From assembly GCA_002104945.1 (NCBI GenBank), contig MCFH01000056.1:1-64000 (forward strand): a DNA stretch of 64,000 nt, written 5' to 3'. The stretch is from Piromyces finnis finn. Its lineage: Eukaryota > Fungi > Neocallimastigomycota. Below are positions 12,802-24,207 of this stretch, one piece after another. The first letter of the stretch is position 1; every line of letters begins with the position of its first letter. Under the pieces are notes generated by a model, which was not told where the DNA came from, searched no databases, and saw only the letters and a list, made by a program, of their open reading frames with translations. The position numbers were made by a program, and so were the translations under genes.

Positions 12802-13796
12802 TGTTAAGTTTTTGGATTTGGTTATGCGGCCAGGTCAGAATGTTATCAATTATATAGTAAATATGTTTTTTAAGAAATTAAATTTAAATATAAAATAACC
12901 CTTTAAACTTCCAAATGAAAAATTAATATTTATTCTTTAGAATAACCTTTTATAAAATTTTATTTATTTATTAATAATAATATAAATGATAATATATTTA
13001 ATAATTATATAATTAAGATTATAACTATAATCTTTACAAAGAATTAAAATCAAATTCAATTCATTCTATTTTATATTCTTTGTTCAGATTATTAAATTGA
13101 TAAAAATAAAGTATTACATGTAATATATTAATAACATAATAAGATTGTTTGTTTGTTTGTTTGTTTGTTTTGTCATGACATAAAATAAAATAAACATATG
13201 ATTAATCATTTAAACACTTGATCCATTAACCTATTTTATAATAATTAGAATTATTTAATTTATAAATGTTAACTGTTACACCTAAATGGTTTAGTTCTAT
13301 TTTTAGTAACAGTCACTATCATTAATTAAATTAATATAATTAAAATTTCTATTGATATCTTTTTAATTTTCGTCAAGTCATAAGAAATGTCTATGATCCA
13401 TACTTGATATCATATTAATTTTAATTTACTTATTAAAATCTTCAAATGACCATATCTTTCTTAAATGACCAGTTAGAAGGACCGCGATTGTACCAAAATG
13501 TAGCTTTTTCCTTAAGCTTTCTAATAAACTTGGTTTCACAGCCGTATCACTTACAACCGTAGTGCTCGTTTTTGGCGAGTTATGCGTAGTTTCGTATTTG
13601 TTTATTTTTGGTTAAGGGTTATAGTGTATTGATATTAAATTTTTGAAATCATAACCCTTTCACTGAATCAAAATTTAAAAGGTGACTTTTAAAGGTGTTT
13701 TAAAATAATTATTGAAATTATTTAATTATAATTATTATGTTTAATTAATTATAGATATTATCTGAATTTGTTTTAAATCCAGTTAATATCTTCACA
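12802..13796. mobile_element. Family B solo LTR (B1)
   Basis: TGTTAAG...ATCTTCACA with TSD ATTAA. Near-identical to 43926-44919. Confidence 0.92.
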
Positions 13797-13801
13797 ATTA
13801 A

Positions 13802-14421
13802 TGTTAAGGATTTCACTTCAGTTAGGTCGGAACGTACATATTTACCCTAAGTTTATCAATTAATTAAATAAATGAATTAGTAAATTTTTAAATAAATAAT
13901 ATTTTATTAACTTTATTTATTAATAAATTTTTATTTAAAGAAAAATCTTTATTTATTAGTTATTATTATAATTAGAGTAAATATTAAATGTAATGAACTC
14001 TCGAAATTCCTAATGATAGGAATTTTCTCGAGTATTTATACTATCTCTAATATTAAGGAATACATTTTAAATTTAATACATGACTAATTATTTATATTAA
14101 TTAACTATTCTATAAATTAATTATATATTAATTATATATGACTTTTCACTCGTGTTAAATTTAATAATTATAAAAGTCATATTATCAATCATTTGTAGAA
14201 GGAATGATTATTTTATAATTTAGTTTTAATTTCCTTCTTAATCAAATGAACAAAGAAATATTAATTCAAACTTTAATAAATATAAAATCTTAATAATTAT
14301 AATTAATTAATATTTCTTAAAATATTATTTAATTATGTTTTATAATAAAATATTTCTAATTAATTAAACGAATAAAACACTAATTAAATAAATAATCATG
14401 AATCCACTAATATTCATGACA
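13802..14421. mobile_element. B-lineage solo LTR (B2)
   Basis: TGTTAAGG...GTTAGGTCGGAACG at the start and ...AATCCACTAATATTCATGACA at the end. Flanked by ATTAA on both sides. Confidence 0.75.
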
Positions 14422-14465
14422 ATTAAATACATTATTCTATTAATACAATATTTTACAGTTGGTTC

Positions 14466-14900
14466 CTTAACAAAAGTACTATAAATAACTAAATTGTCTT
14501 GGTGGTTAGTAGTTAAGATTTTGAGTCTGAATGACACTAATTCAAAACCTCATAGATACTATTTTAAAAAATTATAATTTTATTTTATTTTATTTTAAAT
14601 TTTATTTTATATGAAGATTATTGATTGGCTAAAAATTTTAAGTTGAAAAAATTTTATAAATTAATTTAAAAAATTTTCGTATAAATTCGAGTGAATTTTC
14701 CCAAATATTTTAAAAAATCGAGATTTTATTAATAAATAATTATATTATTAAACTCTAACTTATTAAGTTAAATTCTATGTGTTTTTAATAATATTTTTAT
14801 AAATTATTAATTTACAGGATATTTTAAAGTGTTAATATTACTAAGTTATTTAGTAAATATTATAACTTGTTTTTTATTGTTAAAGACACATTTCTTTACA
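14466..14900 (+). mobile_element. Family H LTR
   Basis: Reverse complement of 9232-9658. Ends CACATTTCTTTACA; the 5' terminus is degenerate. Confidence 0.8.
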
Positions 14901-14940
14901 ATAAAATCTCCTTATAATATAAAAGCTTAATACCTTAATG

Positions 14941-15569
14941 TTTAAGAAATTGTTATAGATAAAACTTTTTAAGTTTTATTGTTGAAGCTTTTCTTTAAAA
15001 GAAATATTTTCTTTACTTAAAGTAGTAGAATTAGTACGCTTTAGAAGCGGTATATAATTCAAACTATAAATATTTTACAATTTGTGGCCATAAGTTTGCC
15101 CACAAATATTTCAATTGAAACCATATATTCTGGTCACCATTTATTGGCCAGATATATGCATAACCATATATTAATGGTTATTAATTAAATAGAAAGTTTA
15201 TTTGCTCTACCCAATTAAGTGGTAAAGAAAATAAACTACTATAGTTAAATAGTATAGCATAAACTAACGTTAAATACTTTAGCGTTAGTATTAGAGTAAA
15301 TTAATAGCTATAATAATAAATAATGTATAATAATTATAATAAATAAATAAAAGATATAATTAACAAATAATTATTAAGTAGATTTATTTCCTAATTATAT
15401 TTATATATTTATTTATATTTATTTTAGTGTTATAATATTTATTTTATTTCTTTTATTATTTTTTATAAAACTTTATTTAGTTATTAACTCGTATAGAGAG
15501 GTAATAACTAACTTAATTAACTAAATTAAAATAATAACCTATTAACTAATTAATAATAAACCTTTTACA
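14941..15569 (+). mobile_element. Family A LTR containing a 129-bp TG...CA insert (14951-15079)
   Basis: AAGAAAT | insert | ATTTGTGGCC reconstitutes the A start. Ends CCTTTTACA. Confidence 0.8.
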
Positions 15570-15577
15570 GGTACTGA

Positions 15578-15787
15578 ATACCGTTACATAAAGTTAAGTT
15601 TAAATGTGGTGGTCATTATCCTTTAAATATATATGTATACTATGACAATTCTGTTAAATGTATTGATTTTGATGATAGTATGTATCCTAAAATTAGAGAA
15701 TGCCAGAATTCGTCTCCATCAGGAAACACATCTTTAAGATGGAAAGAAAAATTAATTAATCAAGTCATTTATTATAAATGTGAGTAG
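15578..15787 (+). pseudogene. 3' fragment of a gene, possibly a ricin-B-type lectin repeat
   Basis: Open frame ...VKCIDFDDSMYPKIRECQNSSPSGNTSLRWKEK...* has the C..C..W spacing of a ricin beta-trefoil subrepeat. The 5' part is missing. Confidence 0.3.
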
Positions 15788-16293
15788 AAAAAATTGAAAT
15801 AATAAATAATATTAAAATTAAGAAATTACTAAGAATTAAAAAAAAAAAGAAGAAAAAGTAGAATCATAATTATACATAAACTTCTTGTAATTTTTTTTCT
15901 TAAATATAAAAGTATAAATAAGTTATTAAAATATAATTAAAATAATAATTATTCTTAGTTGAGTGAATTTATAATAAAAATAACTTAAAAAAAAAATATT
16001 TTAAAACATAAGTTCTTCATTAAATAATCTTGAAATATTTCATAATAAAATGAATAAATTATATATAAGAAATTAAATTTTGTTATAAATTATAATATTA
16101 AAAAAAAACTTAAGCCATTCTAAAATAAAATTATGAATCGAAATGATTTAAAGAAAAACACAAGTTTAAATAAATTTCTATAATATATATATATATATAA
16201 GATATATTTTAATAAATATTAAATATTTAGATAATGCAATTTTTAGTAATTTATAAAAAATAATAAAAATATTTAATAAAAGTAGTATAAAAA

Positions 16294-17344
16294 ATGAAAT
16301 TTATAAAAATATTTATTGCTTTTTTTGTTATTAGAGCTTACTTTAGCAAAACGTTGTGGACCTGAGAACTCTAATAAAAAATGTCCAAGTAGTGAATACT
16401 GTATTAAGTGGGGATATTGCAATATCTCAAATGATTATTGTAACACTGGTTGCCAAATTGCTTTTGGAAAATGTAATAGTGCTATAAAAAAAACTACAAC
16501 TAAAATTAAGTCTACCACGAAAATAAAATCAACTAGTAAAGCTAAAACTACTACAAAAATTAAATGTACTACAACATTTAAACAAAAAGAAATATCTTCT
16601 AAAATATATTATTGTGGTCCTAAGCATGATAATATAAAATGTTCATATATGTAATGTTGAACACTAAAAGAATAGATTAGGATATCTATTCTATTACAAT
16701 AACACTAAAATTTTAAAATAAAATAAAAAAATTGTTTTATAAAAATGTCTTTTATTATAATAGAATTTTTAATAATAACAATTATTGATAAAATGATGAA
16801 AAATATCTTCTATTTATATTTTTCCTAAATACATTTATATTATATTATAACTATTTATTTAAAATATATTATTATTTAAAACATACACTAAAATCTTAAT
16901 TATTAATAAAATATTTACACTATAACTATTTTAGTAATATTAAATAGGCAATTCAAATCAAGTACTATTTAATTTGAATATGTGCCCATGTATTATTGAT
17001 ATATTAATCATTTATTATTTATATACTATTCATCTTTTTCTATCAAAAACAATACTAAAACTAAGAAATTAAATTGAGAAATTTAATCTATTTGTAAAAC
17101 ATTAAAAATAAATTAATAATTTATTTTGTTTCAAACTTTAATTATTAATAAATAAATTATGTCTCATTTTCTTTTTCTGTAATATAAATTGTGTAACTTA
17201 AACAATAATACTTGTGGCTTAAGTTACATTAAAGATATCAAGTTGAGGCGTTTGATATCTTTACAATATAGAAACTGTTGTAGTAAAGACGGTAAATGCG
17301 GATTTGGTCGTGGAAGTGGTCGTCAGCCTGAATTTGATGGATGA
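16294..17344 (+). pseudogene. Secreted chitin-binding (CBM18/hevein) two-domain protein, disrupted
   Basis: ATG 16294 signal peptide, with a frameshift in a T run. CBM18 domain RCGPENSNKKCPSSEYCIKWGYCNISNDYCNTGCQIAFGKC, then a Thr/Lys linker. The second CBM18 (YCGPKHDNIKCSY|RNCCSKDGKCGFG) is rejoined in frame when the 16650-17265 LTR and one TSD copy are removed. Confidence 0.88.
16650..17265. mobile_element. Family G solo LTR
   Basis: TGTAATG...GATATCTTTACA with TSD ATATA. Confidence 0.93.
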
Positions 17345-17558
17345 TTGTTATAAAATATTATATATTATAAATATATATATTTAAATAATAAATATATAAT
17401 CTACAATTTATAATTTTAAAAATATTTAAATAAAAATTTAATAATTATTAAATAAATAAAATAATAATTTTTATTTTTATATATAGATAAATAATAGTAT
17501 AATAATATGGCTATTTTTATTTTTCCATATATGTAAAAACAAAAAATTTTATATTATC

Positions 17559-17905
17559 TGTAACGTATAAAGGTTTTGTACCTTTCTAATAATGTAAAAA
17601 TTAATGCTATTAAATGCTATAATAACATAAATTCTTAGAATCTATAAATTTATGTTTAATTTATTTTATGATATGTTATCTCGTGATATAATTTATGGAA
17701 TAATATTTATTATTATAAGAATTTAATAATATTATATTATAAAAATCTAATATTATATATTAAAAATGTTATTTTTAGGTTGATTATATTAATAAATTTT
17801 ATTATAGCAAAAATTTCTCTTAACGTAATGTAACGTATTGATAGTAGTTTATTGTTTTAATGTAAAAATTTTATAATCTGTTTTAAATTTTAAAAAACTT
17901 TTACA
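17559..17905. mobile_element. Family D LTR
   Basis: TGTAACGTATAAAGG...TTTTACA. The same start recurs at 34064. No matching TSD. Confidence 0.65.
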
Positions 17906-19140
17906 GTTACTACGGACCATGGTGTTCAGTTCACCAGCAAGTTGTAGAGGGACATTATGGGGTTCTTTGGCGTAGAAGTAAACCTTGCTACCACTAGCCA
18001 TCATGAAACGGTTGGTCATGTAGAACGTAATAACTCCTACCTAAGTATGTATCTTAGATGCTTTGTAAAGACCTTTGATGATGATGAATGGCTGAAGTAC
18101 TTGTACTTAGCTGAGTTCTTCTACAATAATGCAGTCCACAGTTCTACCAAGCAATCCCTATTCCTAGCTTTGTATAACTACCAGGTACATATGAACCTTC
18201 AGGATTCAGAGCTTGTCCACTCACTTGGAGAAGCTCCTGTACTAGACAGCTTTGCCAATAACATAGGTATCTTAAAACATATATTGGACATCTCAAGAAC
18301 ACGGTTCTTAGACCACTTAGACCATAGAAGAGAACTTAACTACCCAAAAATTAGGCTCATGGATTTTGTGTGGTTAAGAAAACCAGAAAACTACAACATT
18401 CTTCCCTTCTACAAGCTACAAACAAGGAAGTACGGACCCTTCAAGGTTATTGGAATTGACGAAAGCAAGCTTAACTACCGGTTGGATATCAGCAAGTCAC
18501 CTTTCCCCAACGTCTATCCAGTGTTTCATATCAGTGAGTTAGAATCATACCACAATAAACCAGAAGAACTAACACTGGCACCAGAAGGCTACCAGAAAAT
18601 TATCAAAATCCTTAATGCCAGAAGAAAGAAGGACAACTACCAGTATCTAGCTACCTTTAGTGACTTTAGGCAAGAGTGGGTTTATGCTGATATCATCGAC
18701 AATAACTCCCACTATGATAAACTACTAAAAGAATTTCAAGATAAATGCCACCAGGAATTCATGGTTAGTGTCCAAAACCCTGCCTAGGTTTTCACCTTAG
18801 GGGGGATTGTAAGAAATATTTGTGGCCATAAGTTTTCCCACAAATATTTCAATTGAAACCATATATTCTGGTCACCATTTATTGGCCAGATATATGCACA
18901 ACCATATATTAATGGCTATTAATTAAATAGAAAGTTTATTTGCCTTATCCAATCAAGTGGTAAAGGAAATAAACTAGAATAGTTAAATAGAATAGTGTAA
19001 ACAAACGCTAAATACTTTAGCGTTAGTATTAAAGTAAATTAATAACTATAATAATAATTAATGTATGATAATTATAACTAATAAATAAAAGTTATAATTA
19101 GAAAATAATTATTTAAGTAAATTTATTTTATAATCTTATT
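17906..19140 (+). mobile_element. 3' remnant of a family A Gypsy element (integrase C-half, divergent chromo-like domain, PPT, truncated 3' LTR 18808-19140)
   Basis: ORF 17957-18787 is closely similar to 48700-49544. PPT TAGGGGGGA precedes TGTAAG at 18808. Confidence 0.92.
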
Positions 19141-19883
19141 TAAGACTTTGGGTCTAGATGACACTAGATCGAGACCTATTAGATTCTATTTTACAATTAT
19201 AAAATTATTTTTTTAAATAATTTTATTTTATATGAAGATTATTGATTGGTTAAGAATTTTAAGTTGAAAAAATTTTATAAATTAATTTAAAAAATTTTTA
19301 GTATAAATACGAGTGAATTTTCCCAAATATTTAAAAAATCGAGATTTTATTAATAATTATATTATTAAACACTAACTTATTAAGTTAAATTCTATGTGTT
19401 TTTAATAATATTTTTATAAATGTAACGAAATATTATAATAATAAACATACTAAAATATGTAACTAATATTTTTTCTAATAATTTTTTATTTATTAAATTT
19501 ATTATTATAATACAACTAACTCGCTAGATCAGTGTATTATCAAACTAAAGACAAAACAAAAAAAACTAATTTTATTAATTATTAATAAAAAAAATAAAGA
19601 GCTATCATATCTTTCGTATTCTCTTTTATACATGAAAAATTATTTTTTAATACAATTTGATAAGTGAACTAATTACTTAATGATTGATTATAAAAAAAAA
19701 TATAATAATAATAATTTCTTTCATTAATCTAACCTTAATGACTTTCTAATCTAACCCTTATCACTAAGTATACTTCGTTACAATAAATTAATAATTTACA
19801 GAATATTTTAAAGTGTTAATATTACTAAGTTATTTAATAAATATTATAATTTGTTTTTTATTGTTAAAGACACATTCTTAACA
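19141..19883 (+). mobile_element. Family H LTR (5'-truncated), interrupted by a family F solo LTR
   Basis: Near-identical in reverse to 23149-23530. Ends CACATTCTTAACA, followed by CAGAT. Confidence 0.85.
19421..19782 (-). mobile_element. Family F solo LTR
   Basis: Reverse-complement homolog of 36920-37287. TSD ATAAA. Confidence 0.9.
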
Positions 19884-21078
19884 CAGATTAAAGCTCCTAG
19901 ATAACATGAAGATTGATCCGGTATTCCATAAATCGTCTCTCTCAAGATTTACTTCGAAGAAAAATTGCAAACGGAGAAATTCAACCTCCACCACCTGTCA
20001 TTATAAACGAAGAATAGGAATACGAAGAAGAAGCGTAAAAGTGTAAAATTTAAAACAGATTTTATACTTAAAACAAAACAATTTTTTTTAACACAAAAAA
20101 TAAAAAAATAAAACATTAAATTTTTATTTTAAAAAACATTTTATTTAAAACTCTTAAAAATATTATTAACTATAAATAGTTAATAATTAAAAAATTGAGA
20201 TAACAATTACATCGATCTAATAAACAAAAATTACATGTATTTATATTATTTCATAATTGTATTCTAATATATTATTCTATTTAAATAAACATATAATTAA
20301 TATAAAATAAACAAAACTAATCTAATTAAATAATAAAATAACAAAAATAAACTAAAACTAATTCATTATACTTTTAATTCAATTTGTGTAAACTCAAAAT
20401 TGAATAAAGCCCATGTATTATCTATAAATTAATTTAATATTATCAATACTATTCTTAATATATTTCCTATTGAAATATAAACAAATCTATTTTTAAAACT
20501 AAATAAAAATTATTAAGCTATTCAAAATTTAAATAAAAAATTATAATCTATTCTAAAATTAAATAAAAAGTATTTAAAATATTTTTCTTATTTTAATTTT
20601 AACAGAATTATTATAAAATAATTTATTATTAAATTATTCCATAAAATTTATTCAAAAATTTTATAATCAATTTTACTAAATATTAATTTATTATTTAATA
20701 ATAAATAATTAATTATTAAATAATCTAAAGATATATATTATATCTTTACAAGAAGAAACTCTTAACAAAAGAAGACGCTATAACAAAATCCAATACTTAA
20801 TCAAATGGAAAGGATATCCTATCTCAGAAGCTTCATGGGAACCTGAAGAAAATCTGAACTGTACAGCAAAACTAAGAGAATTTAACAAGACCCATTAAAA
20901 AAAATAAACTAATAATAATAAAACTAATTTTCATTAATTTTTTAAACATATAAATAAGGGAATATCAATATTATAGAATAAACTTAACTGATACCGTTTT
21001 GGCGAAGCTTTCATAGGGATGTACTGGATTTACAAGCGTACCAAGAACAAGTACTATCAAACGGTCATATTGGAACCT
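19884..21078 (+). mobile_element. F-type integrase C-terminus, chromodomain and 3' UTR fragment (inverted tail of the 23568-28184 element)
   Basis: Matches 41270-41750 in DNA. Split by the family I LTR at 20034-20750. Confidence 0.88.
20034..20750. mobile_element. Family I solo LTR (reverse orientation)
   Basis: CGTAAAAG (T>C) ... ATCTTTACA with TSD AGAAG. Confidence 0.9.
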
Positions 21079-21819
21079 CAAGGATAAAAATATTAATGAG
21101 TTCTTTACACACCTGAAACATTATATGAAATCATAAAAGATAGATATACAGTTATTTGCTATCAAATGGAATATAACAATATAAATTTTAAACATAAACA
21201 AGATAATCAACAAAGAGATGATAACTCTTTTAACACAAGAAACACGAAAAACGAAAACAATCATTATAATAACCCATCCATCAATGAATATAGAGATTTT
21301 CATTATGATTATATGGATATAGATAATATAGAAAAGAAATACATAAAAGACAAAAGAATAAACAAATATCATCACGGAAATAATAAATATTGTATAATTT
21401 GCAATATTTCTGGACATTCAACTAAGAACTGTTATTACAATCCATACCGGGCTACAAGAACAAAGAAAAATGAAACACATCCTAATAAACAAACCCACAA
21501 AACATTCTCATACAAAAGGAAATCCAATGAAGATAAATATTGTTCCAACATTGAAAATAATGAAACCACAGAAAGTACACCATACTATGAAAAATTAAAT
21601 ACAATGTTCGGACCTACAGCTGACAATATTGAAAGTAAAATAAATAGTAATGAAAAAATGGATGATCCAAATATTTCTAACTCTGAAAATGAATGTTACA
21701 CAAACATACATTCTGACCAATCAAAGGTTGGTCGCGTGAAATATATACTTATTAAACTAACTCTTAAAAACATTTTTCCAATTGAAAATACAGAAGAAAT
21801 ATATGTCCATGTAATGTTT

Positions 21820-23008
21820 TGATATATGTTACTTTTATGTTGTAATAATTTAATATTAGTTTATTTATAATTTATTATATTAGGTAAAAAAATATTTTAT
21901 TACTATTATTAACTTCTCTCTTATTAATAATTTCACTTATAATATTTTCTTATTAAAACTCTTCTTTCTAATTATTAATTATTTTTACATGAATATTTTT
22001 ATTATAAAGATATCAAACGCCTCAACTTGATATCTTTAATGTAACTTAAGCCACAAGTATTATTGTTTAAGTTACACAAATTATATTCAGAAAAAGAAAA
22101 TGAGACATAATTTATTTATTAATAATTAAAGTTTAAAACAAAATAAATTATTAATTTATTTTTAATGTTTAACAAGTAAATTAAAATTCTCAATTTAAAT
22201 CCCTAGTTTTAGAATTGTTTTGTAATAGAAATAGATATATAGTATATGATTATTAAATGATTTATATGTCAATAATACATGGGCACATATTCAAATTGAA
22301 TAATACTTAATTTGAATTGCCAATTATATTTTTCTAAAAATAGTTATAGTTTAAATATTTATTAATAATTAAGATTTTAGTGTAGATTTTAAATGATAAT
22401 ATATAAGAAATAAATAGTTATATAATATAAATGTATTTAGGAAAAATATAAATAGAAGATATTTTCCATCATTTTATCGATGTAATTGTTATTAATAAAA
22501 TTTCTATTATAATAAAAGATATTTTTATAAAAACAATTTTTTTTCCTTATTTCAAATTTTAGTATTATTGTAATAGAATAGATATCCTAATCTATTCTTC
22601 CAGTGTCCAACATTACATTTATATTATAAAATTCCTATAATATAATTGAATATCAATTATATAATGTAATGTATTCATAATATATGAATAATAATTAAAT
22701 AGGATATAGTATAATATATTTTACATTTTAAATGAAATATTACTATATAAGGAAAAGTAATGTAATACAAATAAGTATTACAATAAAATTAATACTAATA
22801 TATAATATTAATATTTAATAATGTAATGAAATATGTACATGAATTCTATAATTAATATATAAATAATGTATTATAATATATATCAATTATTATATTATTA
22901 TTATGAAATATTATATATAAATTTTTAAATATGAAATTGAATATTTTAAATAATAAAAATTATTTTAAATATGGCTAATATGTAGCTAGACATATTAATT
23001 TCATATCA
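21820..23008 (-). mobile_element. Family E solo LTR (older variant) containing a G LTR
   Basis: TGATAT...ATATCA with 4-bp TSD GTTT. Confidence 0.9.
22003..22617. mobile_element. Family G solo LTR (reverse orientation)
   Basis: TATAAAGATATC (G>A) ... CATTACA with TSD TTTAT. Confidence 0.9.
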
Positions 23009-23148
23009 GTTTCAAGGTCACATGATCAAAATGATGGTTACACAACATCAATATGGACCTATGATACAGGTGCAAGTGAACATATCACAAATAATAAAGA
23101 AATATTGAAAATTTTATTAATGAAAAAATTACTATGAATTTTACAAAT

Positions 23149-23567
23149 TGTAAAGAATGTGTCTTTAACAGTAAAAAACAAATTATAATATTTACTAAAT
23201 AACTTAGTAATATTAACACTTTAAAATATTCTGTAAATTATTAATTTATAAAAATATTATTAAAAACACATAGAATTTAACTTAATAAGTTAGTGTTTAA
23301 TAATTATTTATTAATAAAATCACGATTTTTTAAATATTTGGGAAAATTCACTCGCTCGTATTTATATTAAAAATTTTTTAAATTAATTTATAAAATTTTT
23401 TCAACTTAAATTTTTTAACCAATCAATAATCTTCATATAAAATAAAATTATTTAAAAAAAATAAATTTATAATTGTAAATAGAATCTATTAGGTCTCGAT
23501 CTAGTGTCATCTAGACCCAAAGTCTTAAATAACTAAGACACTTTATTTATTTCTAGTATTCATTACA
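23149..23567 (-). mobile_element. Family H LTR
   Basis: TGTAAAGAATG...CATTACA. Flanks CAAAT and ATCTG do not match each other (see inversion finding). Confidence 0.88.
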
Positions 23568-23591
23568 ATCTGAATGAGACTTCTGATATCT

Positions 23592-24207
23592 TGTAATTTT
23601 GACACTAGAAGAATAGATTAGGATATCTATTATATTAAAATAACACTAAATTTAAAATAAAAATAAAAATTGTTTTATTAAAAATATCTTTTATTATAAT
23701 AGAAATTTTATTAATAACAATTACATCGATAAAATGATGAAAAATATCTTCTATTTATATTTTTCCTAAATACATTTATATTATATTATAACTATTTATT
23801 TCTTATATATTATTATTTAAAATCTACACTAAAATCTTAATTATTAATAAATATTTAAACTATAACTATTTTTAGTAAAGTACAATTGGCAATTCAAATT
23901 AAGTACTATTCAATTTGAATATGTGCCCATGTATTACTGATATATTAATCATTTATTATTTATATATTATTTATCTATTTCTATTACAAAACAATTCTAA
24001 AACTAGGGATTTAAATTGAGAATTTTAATTTACTTGTTAAACATTAAAAATAAATTAATAATTTATTTTGTTTTAAACTTTAATTATTAATAAATAAATT
24101 ATGTCTCATTTTTCTTTTTCTGAATATAATTTGTGTAACTTAAACAATAATACTTATGGCTTAAGTTACATTAAAGATATCAAGTTGAGGCGTTTGATAT
24201 CTTTACA
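23592..24207. mobile_element. Family G solo LTR inserted in integrase
   Basis: TGTAAT...GATATCTTTACA with TSD TATCT. Confidence 0.93.

Larger units (their letters stand above)
12067..14457 (-). mobile_element. Family C LTR split by two tandem B-lineage LTR insertions
   Basis: 12067-12801 plus 14422-14457 reconstruct the C LTR seen at 34092-35434 (ends ATACATTATTCTATTAATACAATATTTTACA). Confidence 0.85.
21079..23148 (+). mobile_element. Ty1/Copia remnant (gag zinc knuckle plus protease), interrupted by nested LTRs
   Basis: ORF 21166-21822 contains CIICNISGHSTKNC (CCHC). After removing the E LTR, the sequence continues SIWTYDTGASEHITNNKEIL, a copia-type W.xD(T/S)GAS.H protease motif. Confidence 0.75.

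Noticed and set aside
17957-18787. Host gene
   Set aside because: It is a second copy of the family A integrase end.
21121-21417. Hydrophobic minus-strand ORF as a membrane protein
   Set aside because: Antisense to the Asn/Lys-rich Copia gag.
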